Shown: in pieces, positions 9,589-18,666 of the stretch | How the letters are laid out: every line of letters starts with the position of its first letter | Numbering within the stretch: the first letter of the stretch is position 1 | From: a virus | Lineage: Duplodnaviria; Caudoviricetes | DNA: 64,000 bases | Direction: 5' to 3' (one strand) | Virus record (IMG/VR): IMGVR_UViG_3300034170_000057 | The notes under the pieces: model-generated | What the model saw: only the letters and a program-made list of their open reading frames with translations | Databases searched by the model: none | What the model was told of the DNA's origin: nothing | Position numbers and translations under genes: made by a program

Positions 9589-9843
9589 ATGAAACATTAT
9601 ACGAATATCAAAGCGCGGTATGAGTGGCGTGTTTTGCAGGGTGATCGCCTGATCAATCCCAACGATGTAACTTTCGGATTAGGTGATGATCAAAAGGAAT
9701 TAAATCGGAATCATCTGGAGCAACCGTTTTTCACATCCCGTGAACTGGCCTACCAGAAATTGAGCCATTGGCTAGAAGGTAGCGAAGCCAATGAGGATTT
9801 TGTCTTAATCGAAATCGTGGAGCGGGATTATCGTGGATATTAA
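9589..9843 (+). CDS. Hypothetical protein (84 aa)
   Basis: ORF fills the gap after the hairpin; overlaps next start. Confidence 0.7.
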   Translation: MKHYTNIKARYEWRVLQGDRLINPNDVTFGLGDDQKELNRNHLEQPFFTSRELAYQKLSHWLEGSEANEDFVLIEIVERDYRGY

Positions 9844-10186
9844 AATTCGTGAGGAAGGCCCGGATCTTTCCAAGTGGCCGTTTTCTACGGCGAAGTTTCG
9901 TATGGTGGTCGGGCAGAAGCCTGTATCACATTGCATCGAACCACTGGGCACCGTGTGGGTTTCTGTGAAGGACGTAGCTGCGAAGTTTATGCAGGATAAC
10001 CGCTGCACGATCAGTGACGCAGAAGCCAAAAAGATTTTGAAGAATCATCCTCCCGGTACGCTGATTGATTTGCACAGTGGCCGCATCGTGCAAACCGGCC
10101 CGCAGGACCAACTAAACTTCATTGATGCTATCGAAAAGGCAGTTGAAAAGAATGGCAAAGAAAGCGGTAAAGATTATCCCGTTTAA
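9833..10186 (+). CDS. Hypothetical protein (117 aa)
   Basis: GTG start, SD GGAGCGG upstream. Confidence 0.7.
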   Translation: MDIKIREEGPDLSKWPFSTAKFRMVVGQKPVSHCIEPLGTVWVSVKDVAAKFMQDNRCTISDAEAKKILKNHPPGTLIDLHSGRIVQTGPQDQLNFIDAIEKAVEKNGKESGKDYPV

Positions 10187-10667
10187 CTCGTATGAAAATC
10201 CGATGTGGAGCGCCATGTGGCCTTCACCTTTCTACTACAAGAAACGCCTGTTCAAATCTATCGAACAGATGTATCAGTTCTACTCGCTGGCTGTTTCTGA
10301 AAAAGATTTGCGTACCAAGATCATGGCTGCGTACTGCCCGTACAAAGCGAAATTCCACGGGTCGAAAAAAGCCGGTGGTAAAGAGCGGGAAGGTCAGCAG
10401 ACGAAACGCATTGATACGATGAAAATCGCGATCCGTGAAGCGTACCTGCAAAACCCTTCGCGTCTGTACGCGCTGACCCAAACCACCGGGCGCCTATCGC
10501 ACGTGATGGAAGGCAACTCGGATTGGGCTGTGAACAGCAAAGGTCAGGGCGCCGATATGTTCGGTCATATGCTGACGGAATTCCGCGATGAAATGAAAGA
10601 TATTGATATCTGGAAAGCCTGTCGTGATCACATCAAAAAACGCACACGCGAATACAACGAAGAGTGA
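10152..10667 (+). CDS. NADAR (YbiA-like) family protein, divergent
   Basis: SAMWPSPF..KKRLFKSIEQMYQF; CPYKAKFHG; MKIAIREAYLQN; LTQTTG; SDWAV..KGQGADMFGHMLTEFR follow the NADAR motif order. Confidence 0.7.
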   Translation: MAKKAVKIIPFNSYENPMWSAMWPSPFYYKKRLFKSIEQMYQFYSLAVSEKDLRTKIMAAYCPYKAKFHGSKKAGGKEREGQQTKRIDTMKIAIREAYLQNPSRLYALTQTTGRLSHVMEGNSDWAVNSKGQGADMFGHMLTEFRDEMKDIDIWKACRDHIKKRTREYNEE

Positions 10668-10674
10668 AAGCCTT

Positions 10675-11079
10675 ATGATCCCTGTAGATACCCTGCTGAA
10701 GTTCCCCGGCCAGTTTTTTATCCAGATTGTGCCAATGCTGTTTGAAGCCACCTTCCCCCGCAAGGAAGAAAGCTATCTGGCATACGACGCAAAAAACGGC
10801 GTCTACCATTTCTTTTTCGATGGTGGCGAATTCAAAAGCGATTCGATTGAAGAGCTGATCGAAATTGCCATTCGTGAAATTGAAAAAGCGGTCGCAGCCA
10901 AGATCAGTGCGCGCTTCGATCAGTGCCCGTACATTTCGTTGCCTGTGACGTGCGACGCAGACGGCCCTCCGATTGATTTCTATGACGCGTTCGCGGTGCT
11001 GGAGCGTCCGTACCGCATTGAGTTTTACACCGATACTTTCCGCCGTGGTATTGATCGGCTGCGTAAACTTCGGGCTTGA
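10675..11079 (+). CDS. Hypothetical protein
   Basis: ATG 10675 just after NADAR stop. Confidence 0.7.
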   Translation: MIPVDTLLKFPGQFFIQIVPMLFEATFPRKEESYLAYDAKNGVYHFFFDGGEFKSDSIEELIEIAIREIEKAVAAKISARFDQCPYISLPVTCDADGPPIDFYDAFAVLERPYRIEFYTDTFRRGIDRLRKLRA

Positions 11080-11100
11080 CCACAAAAGTTAAAGGATAGA

Positions 11101-12255
11101 ATGATGGATATTAGTTTCGAACGAATCCGTGAAGAATACGAACGCGGGCAGGCACAGAAAAAACGTAACCGGGAAGCTGGAATTCCGGAACCGCGTTTCG
11201 TTGATTACATCGGCCTGCTGGGTAAAGATCCAAAGAGCGATCCGGAGACCGCCGCACAGTGGCGTGAACTGCGCGACATGGTTGTACACGGCCCGCGTCT
11301 GGAATTCATCACACGCGACCATATGAATATTCGTTCATGGCAGCGCCGCGTTGTTCGTGGTGTGTTTCGTTCTAAAATGCCGTCATTCGATAACTTGCCA
11401 AAAGGTATCGGAAAAACCGAAGTGATGCGGAGCATGTTCGAAACCGGCGAAGCTACGGGCATGCATGGATACATGAACTATCCGGGGCTGTTCGCAGACC
11501 TTGAAATACAGGATAGAAAAGACTCGTTGAAAGCACACCAGCGCCAAGGCTTGGCTGCTGCACAAGAGCGGTTCTACGCGGCGTTGCCTACGGTCACGGG
11601 ACGCATTCCAATCCTTACCGGACTTGACGGAATCGACGGTCTGTTAGGTGGAGGGCTGCGCAAAGGCGATTGGTATGCACAACCCATGCACGTACCGATG
11701 GAAATTCGCGCAAAGACCACTCGCAATTGGCCGATTCAAGCGATGGGTTCTAACGCGCTTATGGAAGCCTACGCGAAATCAATGGAAGGACGCGTCTTTA
11801 CCGACCTAGAATCCGACTGGGATATCGAAGGCATGTTCGACCGCCTGAAGCGGCATGTCGATGGTTTCGTTGTCGATATGCCAAAGAATAAAGCCCGTCC
11901 ATATTTCCTGTACGATCACGTGGACGGCCTGACGCAATACCTGTACGACCCGACCGAGCGCCTGACGCAGCAGTACAAAAAAGCCCGGAAAAAGTTCAAG
12001 CATAAAGACGCGGTGAACTATCTGGTCAAGCGCGAGAAACACAATCGCAAAGCAGTGGCGAAACGGCTGGAAGAAATCGGCGCCGCTTTCGAAAACAAAA
12101 AGCTGGAAGAACTGCGAGCGAAGGCCAAAAAGGAAGCCGCTGAAAAGTGGGAAAAGCAGTACGGGGATTGCATGAGCATTCCGGATTATCCGCTGTCTGA
12201 GTACAAGCAGCTGGCGGGCCGTATCGACCGCACGCCAAAGGAAAGCGAAGAATGA
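11101..12255 (+). CDS. Hypothetical mosaic protein with SF2-helicase-like Q motif/Walker A and a DnaB/RecA-like pre-P-loop segment
   Basis: IRSWQRRVV...NLPKGIGKT; later ILTGLDGIDGLLGGGLRKGDW; basic coiled-coil C-term; no DEAD/Walker B seen. Confidence 0.45.
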   Translation: MMDISFERIREEYERGQAQKKRNREAGIPEPRFVDYIGLLGKDPKSDPETAAQWRELRDMVVHGPRLEFITRDHMNIRSWQRRVVRGVFRSKMPSFDNLPKGIGKTEVMRSMFETGEATGMHGYMNYPGLFADLEIQDRKDSLKAHQRQGLAAAQERFYAALPTVTGRIPILTGLDGIDGLLGGGLRKGDWYAQPMHVPMEIRAKTTRNWPIQAMGSNALMEAYAKSMEGRVFTDLESDWDIEGMFDRLKRHVDGFVVDMPKNKARPYFLYDHVDGLTQYLYDPTERLTQQYKKARKKFKHKDAVNYLVKREKHNRKAVAKRLEEIGAAFENKKLEELRAKAKKEAAEKWEKQYGDCMSIPDYPLSEYKQLAGRIDRTPKESEE

Positions 12256-12680
12256 AACGTCTGCTAATCGTGGCGTCGGTTGTGGTGTGTTTGTGTGGCA
12301 GCTGGAGCATGCTGCAAGAAGGCGTGCGCCGTGATGAAAAGGTTATGCGCAATGCCCGCATGATCGACACCAGCGCGCAGCACACGCAATCCAAGGGCAA
12401 CCACTACTACAACACCTACGGGTATTTTGTAGATCAGGAAACCGGCCTACGGTTCAGCGACTCAATTAACGATAGCCTGTATCGGCAGTTCGAACGCGAC
12501 GGAAATAAACCAATCGAAGTTTCGTGGAAATACAGCATAGATAAACGTGAACAAACTTCGGTCGCGTTGTTCTATACGTTGTTCGGTAGCCTCGGCATTA
12601 TCGTGGCGTCGGTTGTGCTGATCTACATCGCGGCGCATGAATTTCAGAAATTGAGGAAGAGAAAGAAATGTCTGGAATAG
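12252..12680 (+). CDS. Membrane protein, two TM segments
   Basis: Hydrophobic RLLIVASVVVCLCGSW and VALFYTLFGSLGIIVASVVLIYIAA. Confidence 0.75.
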   Translation: MKRLLIVASVVVCLCGSWSMLQEGVRRDEKVMRNARMIDTSAQHTQSKGNHYYNTYGYFVDQETGLRFSDSINDSLYRQFERDGNKPIEVSWKYSIDKREQTSVALFYTLFGSLGIIVASVVLIYIAAHEFQKLRKRKKCLE

Positions 12681-13246
12681 AAAAGGTCTGTGAGTTTTCC
12701 GGCGTGACGCCTGACCATCCAGAATTGGGCGGTTGGATCATGAAACAGTGGAAGCGCAACCACATTCAAATCAATCTGAAATATCGCCCGCTGTTTTCAG
12801 GCTGTGATCATTTCTTTCGCATCGTCGGTTTCGAAGTGCAGGAATGGGATAGCGGTGGTTATTCCACACCGTGTGCATGGCAGGCGGGTAACTACAACAG
12901 CGCACGGCACTACATCGACGAACAGAAAAAACGCGGTCGTCGTATGCGCATCCAATACGAATATGTGTTGGAAGTTTTCGATCCAGAATTGCAGGGCATG
13001 GTCGAAGGCAAATATCGTGAATGGTCATTTGACCTGAAGGCCGTCATTCGCAATATGCGCCGCATGGTTGGCCCCGGCCTGATCATCGTAAACGAACTGG
13101 AAGGTTCACGCGGCAAGCTCATGAAAAAGTGGCGTGCAGAGTTTCAGAAAAAGCGTGACGAAATTCTCGAACGCGAACTGCAAGAAGAGCGCGAAGCCGA
13201 GGCAGCACTTGAGGCCCGTATCGAAGAGGTTCCAAATGCTTCCTAA
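12668..13246 (+). CDS. Hypothetical phage protein
   Basis: ORF overlapping neighbours; acidic coiled-coil C-term. Confidence 0.75.
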   Translation: MSGIEKVCEFSGVTPDHPELGGWIMKQWKRNHIQINLKYRPLFSGCDHFFRIVGFEVQEWDSGGYSTPCAWQAGNYNSARHYIDEQKKRGRRMRIQYEYVLEVFDPELQGMVEGKYREWSFDLKAVIRNMRRMVGPGLIIVNELEGSRGKLMKKWRAEFQKKRDEILERELQEEREAEAALEARIEEVPNAS

Positions 13247-13415
13247 AGTCAGTGTCAACTTCGTGAAAGGCGTTTTGCTGATCGGTTTGCTAATCATCAC
13301 GATTACCGACGCGTGGAAAGGCGAGTGGTCGATGGCGATTACGGATCTGGTGGTGCTGGTGATTTTGTTTATTCTGCTGGTGAAAGTTTCTATCATGGTA
13401 GAACGCAATGACTGA
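13236..13415 (+). CDS. Small two-TM membrane protein
   Basis: SD GAGG before ATG 13236; VKGVLLIGLLIITIT and LVVLVILFILLVKV. Confidence 0.65.
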   Translation: MLPKVSVNFVKGVLLIGLLIITITDAWKGEWSMAITDLVVLVILFILLVKVSIMVERND

Positions 13416-13674
13416 AACAGAAACGAAGCTGGCCGAGGCCCTGCATAAAATCCTGAGCATTAGCCTAGGTGTTTATCCGCAAGCGGTCAACGGCATAGAC
13501 CGTACCGAATGGCAGGAAGGCTGGAACGCGTCACGCAAAGCCTACACACGGGAAATCATCGCCATCGTGCGCAATGAGCCGAGCGTAAGTATAGCGGTCG
13601 ATATTATTGACTCGCTGTCGCCACATCCTTTCGAAAGTATCCAACCGAAAGTTTTGTTTACGGGGAATAAATAA
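13408..13674 (+). CDS. Hypothetical protein (88 aa)
   Basis: Overlap coupling; RTEWQEGWNA motif. Confidence 0.7.
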   Translation: MTETETKLAEALHKILSISLGVYPQAVNGIDRTEWQEGWNASRKAYTREIIAIVRNEPSVSIAVDIIDSLSPHPFESIQPKVLFTGNK

Positions 13675-14111
13675 TGTATGCAGCAAAAACAGAGCGTGGT
13701 TTTACCCGCATGGAATTTAATGACCGCTACGGCGTAGAATGTTCTTTGCAGGAAAGCAGCTTGGCGACCGAGGGCGCTATCTGGTTCGGCCCCAGTGAAG
13801 CGAACACGCGTTATTGCATATCTGGTGTGGGCTGGGTGCCCTATGTCTACCCGGTAGGCCTCGACGTAATACATGACACGCGTATGCACCTTACACAAGG
13901 TCAGGTAAAGCGTCTGCTGCCAGCGTTGAAGCATTTTATCAAAACCGGATATTTGCCGGATGATGAAAATGGGTTTTTCGTGACACAAGAATACCGCTGG
14001 AAAATGGCCCTCGAAGAAATCTGCGGCTGGCGCGCAGTTGGCTACGCAGTGTTTGCCGCAATGGTCGGCAGTATCATCGGTATGCTTCAAAATCTCGGAG
14101 GTGTGCAATGA
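13674..14111 (+). CDS. Conserved phage hypothetical protein
   Basis: TERGF...F.DRYG..CSLQESS.A....IW.G ... RMHLT..QV..LLP.L..F..TG is a family I recognise from diverse phages; function unknown. Confidence 0.7.
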   Translation: MYAAKTERGFTRMEFNDRYGVECSLQESSLATEGAIWFGPSEANTRYCISGVGWVPYVYPVGLDVIHDTRMHLTQGQVKRLLPALKHFIKTGYLPDDENGFFVTQEYRWKMALEEICGWRAVGYAVFAAMVGSIIGMLQNLGGVQ

Positions 14112-14797
14112 GTCTTCTGGCTTCGATGCAACTTGACTTGGCGCAGGCGTACCGTAAAGCGATGCTTGAATCGCTGGTGCATAAATTCCAAATGGATGAA
14201 ATTTACGAATACATCCAAATGCCCCAATTCGATACGAACAATGCCTACCACCATGCACAGCACTGCATGCGTGTGGCGTTACGCGGTGTGGAATTGCTGA
14301 CAGCGGGTGGCTGCGTAGAGCAAAGCAACCTGATGGTCTACGATTGCCAAATCCTGATGTGTGCCGCGTTCTTCCATGACTTCGGTCACACAGGCAAAGG
14401 CCCGGATATCAACAATATCGAAATCGCGGTTTCGGGGCTGCGCAACGCTGGTGGGGTGTTCGATTATTTCGGTCGTGGTAACGAAGAGGTTCGCATTATC
14501 GAGGGCGCCATTCGCTGCACGGAATATGTGCCCGGTGAAGGCTTCCCGAAAAAACCACACACGCGGGTACAACGTGCGCTGCGCGATGCAGATTTGATGG
14601 AAAGTCTGGAACCGCACTGCATTCAATATGTGATGCATGACCTCTGCAAAGAACTCGGCGTCGATATGATTGCAGCGATTCCAAAACAAATCGAGTTTCT
14701 GAAGAGTGCCGAAATGTTTACACGTCCGGGCAAATACATTTGGGATACCACGCTTGAGGCGCGTATCGCCTGTATCGAGGCTTTGAAAAATGGTTGA
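14108..14797 (+). CDS. HD-domain metal-dependent phosphohydrolase
   Basis: YHHAQHC (H), AAFFHDFGHTG (HD), RDADLM (D). Confidence 0.85.
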   Translation: MSLLASMQLDLAQAYRKAMLESLVHKFQMDEIYEYIQMPQFDTNNAYHHAQHCMRVALRGVELLTAGGCVEQSNLMVYDCQILMCAAFFHDFGHTGKGPDINNIEIAVSGLRNAGGVFDYFGRGNEEVRIIEGAIRCTEYVPGEGFPKKPHTRVQRALRDADLMESLEPHCIQYVMHDLCKELGVDMIAAIPKQIEFLKSAEMFTRPGKYIWDTTLEARIACIEALKNG

Positions 14798-15053
14798 TCT
14801 TTTGAAGGAAACAAAGCGCCGCACTGAAAGGCGTAATCGCCTGCGGCATGAGCGTGCGCACGCGTTGTGGTTTGCGCGCTGGATGGTGTTGCTCATGATC
14901 CTGTGTTTTATTGGGGCCATGGGCTGCTTTACCGTGGCAGGGTTATCAGCCCCTGAAGGCACCATGAATCGCTCCGCTGCGTTCGGCATAGCGGGCTTGG
15001 AGGCGGTGCTGTGGTGGCGTTGGTGTGGCTGCTGTGCTGGGCGCATGGGGTAG
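14790..15053 (+). CDS. Small membrane protein
   Basis: Basic N-term, hydrophobic ALWFARWMVLLMILCFIGAMGCFTVAG. Confidence 0.6.
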   Translation: MVDLLKETKRRTERRNRLRHERAHALWFARWMVLLMILCFIGAMGCFTVAGLSAPEGTMNRSAAFGIAGLEAVLWWRWCGCCAGRMG

Positions 15054-15056
15054 TAC

Positions 15057-15251
15057 GTGATGAGCGACAAAAACTGTAAATATGTAGCGAGGCTGGAAAA
15101 CGGCCAATACATTTTCAAGATCAACAAAGACAAGGTTTTAACATGCAAAAGCAGATTACGCGCCCGGCAATTCAGTCTAACGGAAAGCCAACGACTAGCG
15201 CGAATCCTCAAGGTGCAGCTGATCGAAGCCGATTGGCAGCTGGAACAATAA
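15057..15251 (+). CDS. Hypothetical protein (64 aa)
   Basis: Short ORF with SD GGGG/GGAG-like upstream. Confidence 0.55.
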   Translation: MMSDKNCKYVARLENGQYIFKINKDKVLTCKSRLRARQFSLTESQRLARILKVQLIEADWQLEQ

Positions 15252-15344
15252 AACCACGCGCCGCTGTCCCTATGGGCAACCACAACGGCGAAGTAGATCG
15301 ACTGTTTGCGCAGTGGGATCAATTGTAAAAGATTGGGGCAAATT

Positions 15345-16079
15345 ATGAGTGGGCAAAAAACGGAATTAACGTCGGTTAAACTTTCGATGGATCTTGAGCC
15401 TCGTGTAGTGGAGGCTTTGCAGCAATGCGCTTCCACTTCGGGCCGGAACCTTGCACAAGTGGTGGAATGCATTTTGCGCCAGCACATGGACGTTTGCTGT
15501 GAAGAGGAACGTCAGCCAGTGTTGGTATCTAGCTTGACGTGGGACGTGTTGATTATATATGCACGCCGTCTGAAAATCGGGACACGTTTTAACCTGTACG
15601 ATTTGATGATCCGCCTGCACTCGGATATGGGTTTGGCTTCGCTGAAAATTTCCAGTGCGTGGCATTCTGCTTTTGCCCAATGGGTACGCCGTAACAATGA
15701 GTTCACTTGTGAGCGGACGCCGCGTGGGAACGTTTACGTCCGCAATACCGACCGGGAAGCACCATTGCCCGAACGTGTGTTGAACCCGGTTCCGTTCATT
15801 GATCGTATGACCAATACGGAACTGCTAAACAAGCTGAAAGATGCAGCGGACGCCAAGCCAGCGGGCGAAACTTTTACGGTGCGTGATTTGCTGGAAGCTA
15901 TGGAGCAAACCAAACTGCCCAAGCATATCAGCGGCACTACAATTGTGAGTTTTGTACGCTGGGTCAATGCAACAACAAAATTCGACGTTTTCTATAAAGA
16001 ATCGGAACGCGAAGGTAACACAAACTCGGAACGGGCATTTATTCGCCGCTCTACTCACAACAGTATGGGGGAACAATGA
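15345..16079 (+). CDS. DNA-binding protein: ribbon-helix-helix domain plus two winged-helix (DUF1413-like) repeats
   Basis: SVKLSMDLEPRVVEALQQCASTSGRNLAQVVECILRQHM (RHH pattern); repeats KIGTRFNLYDLM...FAQWV and PAGETFTVRDLL...FVRWV. Confidence 0.55.
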   Translation: MSGQKTELTSVKLSMDLEPRVVEALQQCASTSGRNLAQVVECILRQHMDVCCEEERQPVLVSSLTWDVLIIYARRLKIGTRFNLYDLMIRLHSDMGLASLKISSAWHSAFAQWVRRNNEFTCERTPRGNVYVRNTDREAPLPERVLNPVPFIDRMTNTELLNKLKDAADAKPAGETFTVRDLLEAMEQTKLPKHISGTTIVSFVRWVNATTKFDVFYKESEREGNTNSERAFIRRSTHNSMGEQ

Positions 16080-16112
16080 AATGAACCGATGTATCATCTT
16101 GGAGAAACAACC

Positions 16113-16343
16113 ATGGCCCTTCGGGTTTATGCGTCGAAAGACAAAGAAAAATTCAACGCTGTTCGTGTCGTAGACGTTCACCGCTACGGCGACTTCTACG
16201 TTGCTGCTGTACCACGGGAGCTTGCAGGCGATTTCGAAATCGTAGCATCTGTAAGCGAAGGCTCTTTTAATATCGAGCGAAACAAAGCGCTGATCAGTTA
16301 CGACGACATTACTGATCTTCTTGAAAACGCTGTTCATCACTGA
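16113..16343 (+). CDS. Hypothetical protein
   Basis: SD GGAG before ATG 16113. Confidence 0.7.
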   Translation: MALRVYASKDKEKFNAVRVVDVHRYGDFYVAAVPRELAGDFEIVASVSEGSFNIERNKALISYDDITDLLENAVHH

Positions 16344-16352
16344 GGCCACAAA

Positions 16353-16736
16353 ATGAAATACATGATCGTAAAAATTGGTGAAACCGAAGTGCCGATGATG
16401 TTCGGTAACGACGTGGATTTGAATCAAGTCGCATTCCCGTGGCCGATTGTGGCTGCTGGTGTAGGCGTGGTGCAAAACATGTTCCTGACCTGCCAAATGT
16501 CGCAGACCATTGACGGCAAGGAATACGGCAGCCGTGGCCTCAAGGATGAAATCTTGATGCGTGCCGCTGACTACATCGGTGAAGAGAATCCACAAATCGG
16601 TTTCGATGCGCCAAACACCGCGCAGGAATTGACGCCGGAATATCTGGCTGAAGTGAATGCAAGTTTCGCAAATGTTCCTGCGGGCGAAGCCGTTGTCGTA
16701 GAAGGCCAGCCGGGTACGGTGGAAGGCAAGGAATAA
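16353..16736 (+). CDS. Hypothetical protein, paralog of 25708..26046
   Basis: KYMIV...VPMMF...AAG...SR..D pattern shared with 25708 ORF. Confidence 0.7.
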   Translation: MKYMIVKIGETEVPMMFGNDVDLNQVAFPWPIVAAGVGVVQNMFLTCQMSQTIDGKEYGSRGLKDEILMRAADYIGEENPQIGFDAPNTAQELTPEYLAEVNASFANVPAGEAVVVEGQPGTVEGKE

Positions 16737-16747
16737 AGGGGGATAAA

Positions 16748-17125
16748 ATGCTGACGCGCAAACAGCAACAGCAGCGAAAACAAAAGCAGGCGCGTGAACA
16801 GTCAGAACTGGCTAAACTTGCAAAGCAGGTTGGCCGGTTGCCTGACGGTTCGCTACCAAAAGACAAAAAGAAAAAGGATGATGGAACATCCCTTTTGGTT
16901 AACTACCGGGCTAACGACACGCGGCATATCCCAAGCGCACCAGCCATTACCGTGACCGAGCATGGGATATTTCTCGAAGAGGGTCACGACTGGGTGGAGC
17001 GTGAACGGATCGCACAAGAAGAAACCGATAAAAAGAAAAAACGTATTGCGCCGCATTATTCGAAGGGGCCGTATCAATATCTGACTGACGATGTTGACCC
17101 GACGACTTTGGGCCGCAAAATATAA
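16748..17125 (+). CDS. Basic hypothetical protein with C-terminal AP.Y.KG.YQY motif
   Basis: KRIAPHYSKGPYQYLTDDVDPTTLGRK; K/Q-rich N-term; motif recalled from hypothetical proteins of large phages. Confidence 0.65.
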   Translation: MLTRKQQQQRKQKQAREQSELAKLAKQVGRLPDGSLPKDKKKKDDGTSLLVNYRANDTRHIPSAPAITVTEHGIFLEEGHDWVERERIAQEETDKKKKRIAPHYSKGPYQYLTDDVDPTTLGRKI

Positions 17126-17149
17126 TCAAGGGTACAAGGAAAAATCCCG

Positions 17150-17695
17150 ATGTTGGATTCCAATGAAAGCGCGTTGACTTTCACTGTAGAGCTTAACGGC
17201 CTGCGCGATCAAAAAAAGGTTGCAAGAGCCTGTGCGCGCAAAGGGGATATCTATGCTTCCACAAGCATGATACTGAAAAGTTTGGCTGATGGGGCTACCA
17301 TAGGTCGTGATAGTGCAGTGGTGGAATACACTCATAAACTACGCAAGAAAATTCTGGTGTTGAAACAAAAATGGCTGACGCAAAAAGTGTTTTTGGAACA
17401 GCCAACAAATTTGTTCTGGATAGAGGGTACGAGTCAGGCGATTCTCTATAACCACATTCCACGAGGGCCGCATAATGTTTACCTCGTGGCGTACACGCAA
17501 CCGCTGATGAATCTGACGCGGGTGCAAATGATGTTGAACTGGGCACGCAGCACCGAAGTGAGGGCGACCAATCGCTGTAAATTCGTTTGTGATAAGACCC
17601 ATGTTTTCCAAGAGTCTGATTTGGTTTATACGCGTGATCCACACCTGTTAGAAAAGCACGAAGCAAAGATAAAATTCTTTGCAGAAAAATACTAA
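17150..17695 (+). CDS. Hypothetical protein, possibly degenerate HAD/5'-nucleotidase-like fold
   Basis: LFWIEGT, VYLVAYTQP, DKTHVFQESDLVYTRDP echo the HAD motif order without catalytic Asp residues. Confidence 0.5.
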   Translation: MLDSNESALTFTVELNGLRDQKKVARACARKGDIYASTSMILKSLADGATIGRDSAVVEYTHKLRKKILVLKQKWLTQKVFLEQPTNLFWIEGTSQAILYNHIPRGPHNVYLVAYTQPLMNLTRVQMMLNWARSTEVRATNRCKFVCDKTHVFQESDLVYTRDPHLLEKHEAKIKFFAEKY

Positions 17696-17707
17696 GGAAT
17701 ATCTGAC

Positions 17708-18280
17708 GTGAACACTTCAACCACTGGGGAAATTGACATGGATCAGCTGAACGAAAACCTGAGCTTGGAAGCAGCTGAAGCCGCTCTGCTTGCTATCGGT
17801 CAAAAGGACCACGAAGAGCAGGCGATGTACGACCGCAAGGCGCGCATGTCACGCTGGATATTCCGACTGTATTTCTTGGTAGCGCTGCTGGGGCTTATCA
17901 GTCTGGCGGGCGCTGTGGGTTGGACGTACCGGGCATCCATTGTGCAGGACTGGGATCGCTACGGTTCGCACCAAACGCAGTGCATTTTCAAAGTCGGTGA
18001 ACGTACCGTGAAAGGCACCCGCGATTATTCGTATCGCTACTACACTATTTTGAACTGGAAATTTTACAATACAGCTGAGCAAAAAGAAGAAACGCGTATC
18101 GACATTTCCGGTAACGGCATGACCATTCTGGCCCACATGCCGGATGGCACCAGCAACAAACAAGAAGTGTCGGACGGCGAGCGCTATAACCAACGCATTG
18201 ACGTGGCAGACTCGTATTCGTTCTTTATGGATAACGGCAAAAACGCCGCTACCGTTTCCTACAAATCCATGTGCAAGTGA
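17708..18280 (+). CDS. Single-pass membrane protein with exported C-terminal domain
   Basis: TM WIFRLYFLVALLGLISLAGAVGWTY; SD AAGGA. Confidence 0.75.
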   Translation: MNTSTTGEIDMDQLNENLSLEAAEAALLAIGQKDHEEQAMYDRKARMSRWIFRLYFLVALLGLISLAGAVGWTYRASIVQDWDRYGSHQTQCIFKVGERTVKGTRDYSYRYYTILNWKFYNTAEQKEETRIDISGNGMTILAHMPDGTSNKQEVSDGERYNQRIDVADSYSFFMDNGKNAATVSYKSMCK

Positions 18281-18666
18281 ACTGGCAGCACGGCACAACG
18301 CGTAGTGTCTTGCTGGTGGGTCGCTACGCAATTAAATTCCCCACTGTGGTCTGCTGGCGCAATTTCCTACGGGGCATTTTATGCAACGGTTCCGAGTACA
18401 CGTCCAGCAAAATGAACTGTGAATTTCTGGCACCGGTTGTGTGGCGTTCATGGTTAGACCTAGTGATCGTCATGCCCCGCGCAGATGTAAAGAGTCCAGA
18501 GGAAGACGACGAAATTCGTTTCGAATATCTCGAAGACTTTTGGCAGCGCGTGGACGCCAGCGAACAAGCAATCAAAGACATGATCTACGGAATCGTAGAA
18601 AACAAAATCTGTTCTGTCGGCAAAATAAACGGTGTGACCGTTGCCGTAGACTATGGGAGTATATGA
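18271..18666 (+). CDS. Miniature protein-kinase-like fold protein
   Basis: GTTRSV (Gly-loop/R), YAIKFP (VAIK Lys), NGSE (alphaC Glu), LAPV, ENKICSVG (catalytic-loop equivalent), VAVDYG (DFG equivalent). Confidence 0.6.
   Translation: MQVNWQHGTTRSVLLVGRYAIKFPTVVCWRNFLRGILCNGSEYTSSKMNCEFLAPVVWRSWLDLVIVMPRADVKSPEEDDEIRFEYLEDFWQRVDASEQAIKDMIYGIVENKICSVGKINGVTVAVDYGSI

Noticed and set aside
11075-11101. TTGACC...TAGAAT as a sigma70 promoter
   Set aside because: Spacer only 15 bp and -10 abuts the start codon
13674-14111. Assignment of this or other small ORFs to named anti-defence proteins (Acb, Tad, Acr)
   Set aside because: Sequences do not match the ones I can recall; no basis without a search
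15074-15083. CTGTAAATAT copy inside ORF 15057..15251
   Set aside because: Within coding sequence (N-C-K-Y codons) near that ORF's start; not counted as a promoter, though it cannot be excluded
14279-15487. 402-aa - strand ORF, and the many other antisense ORFs over the + block
   Set aside because: Opposite to a tightly coupled + strand operon that includes an intact HD protein; random-looking composition
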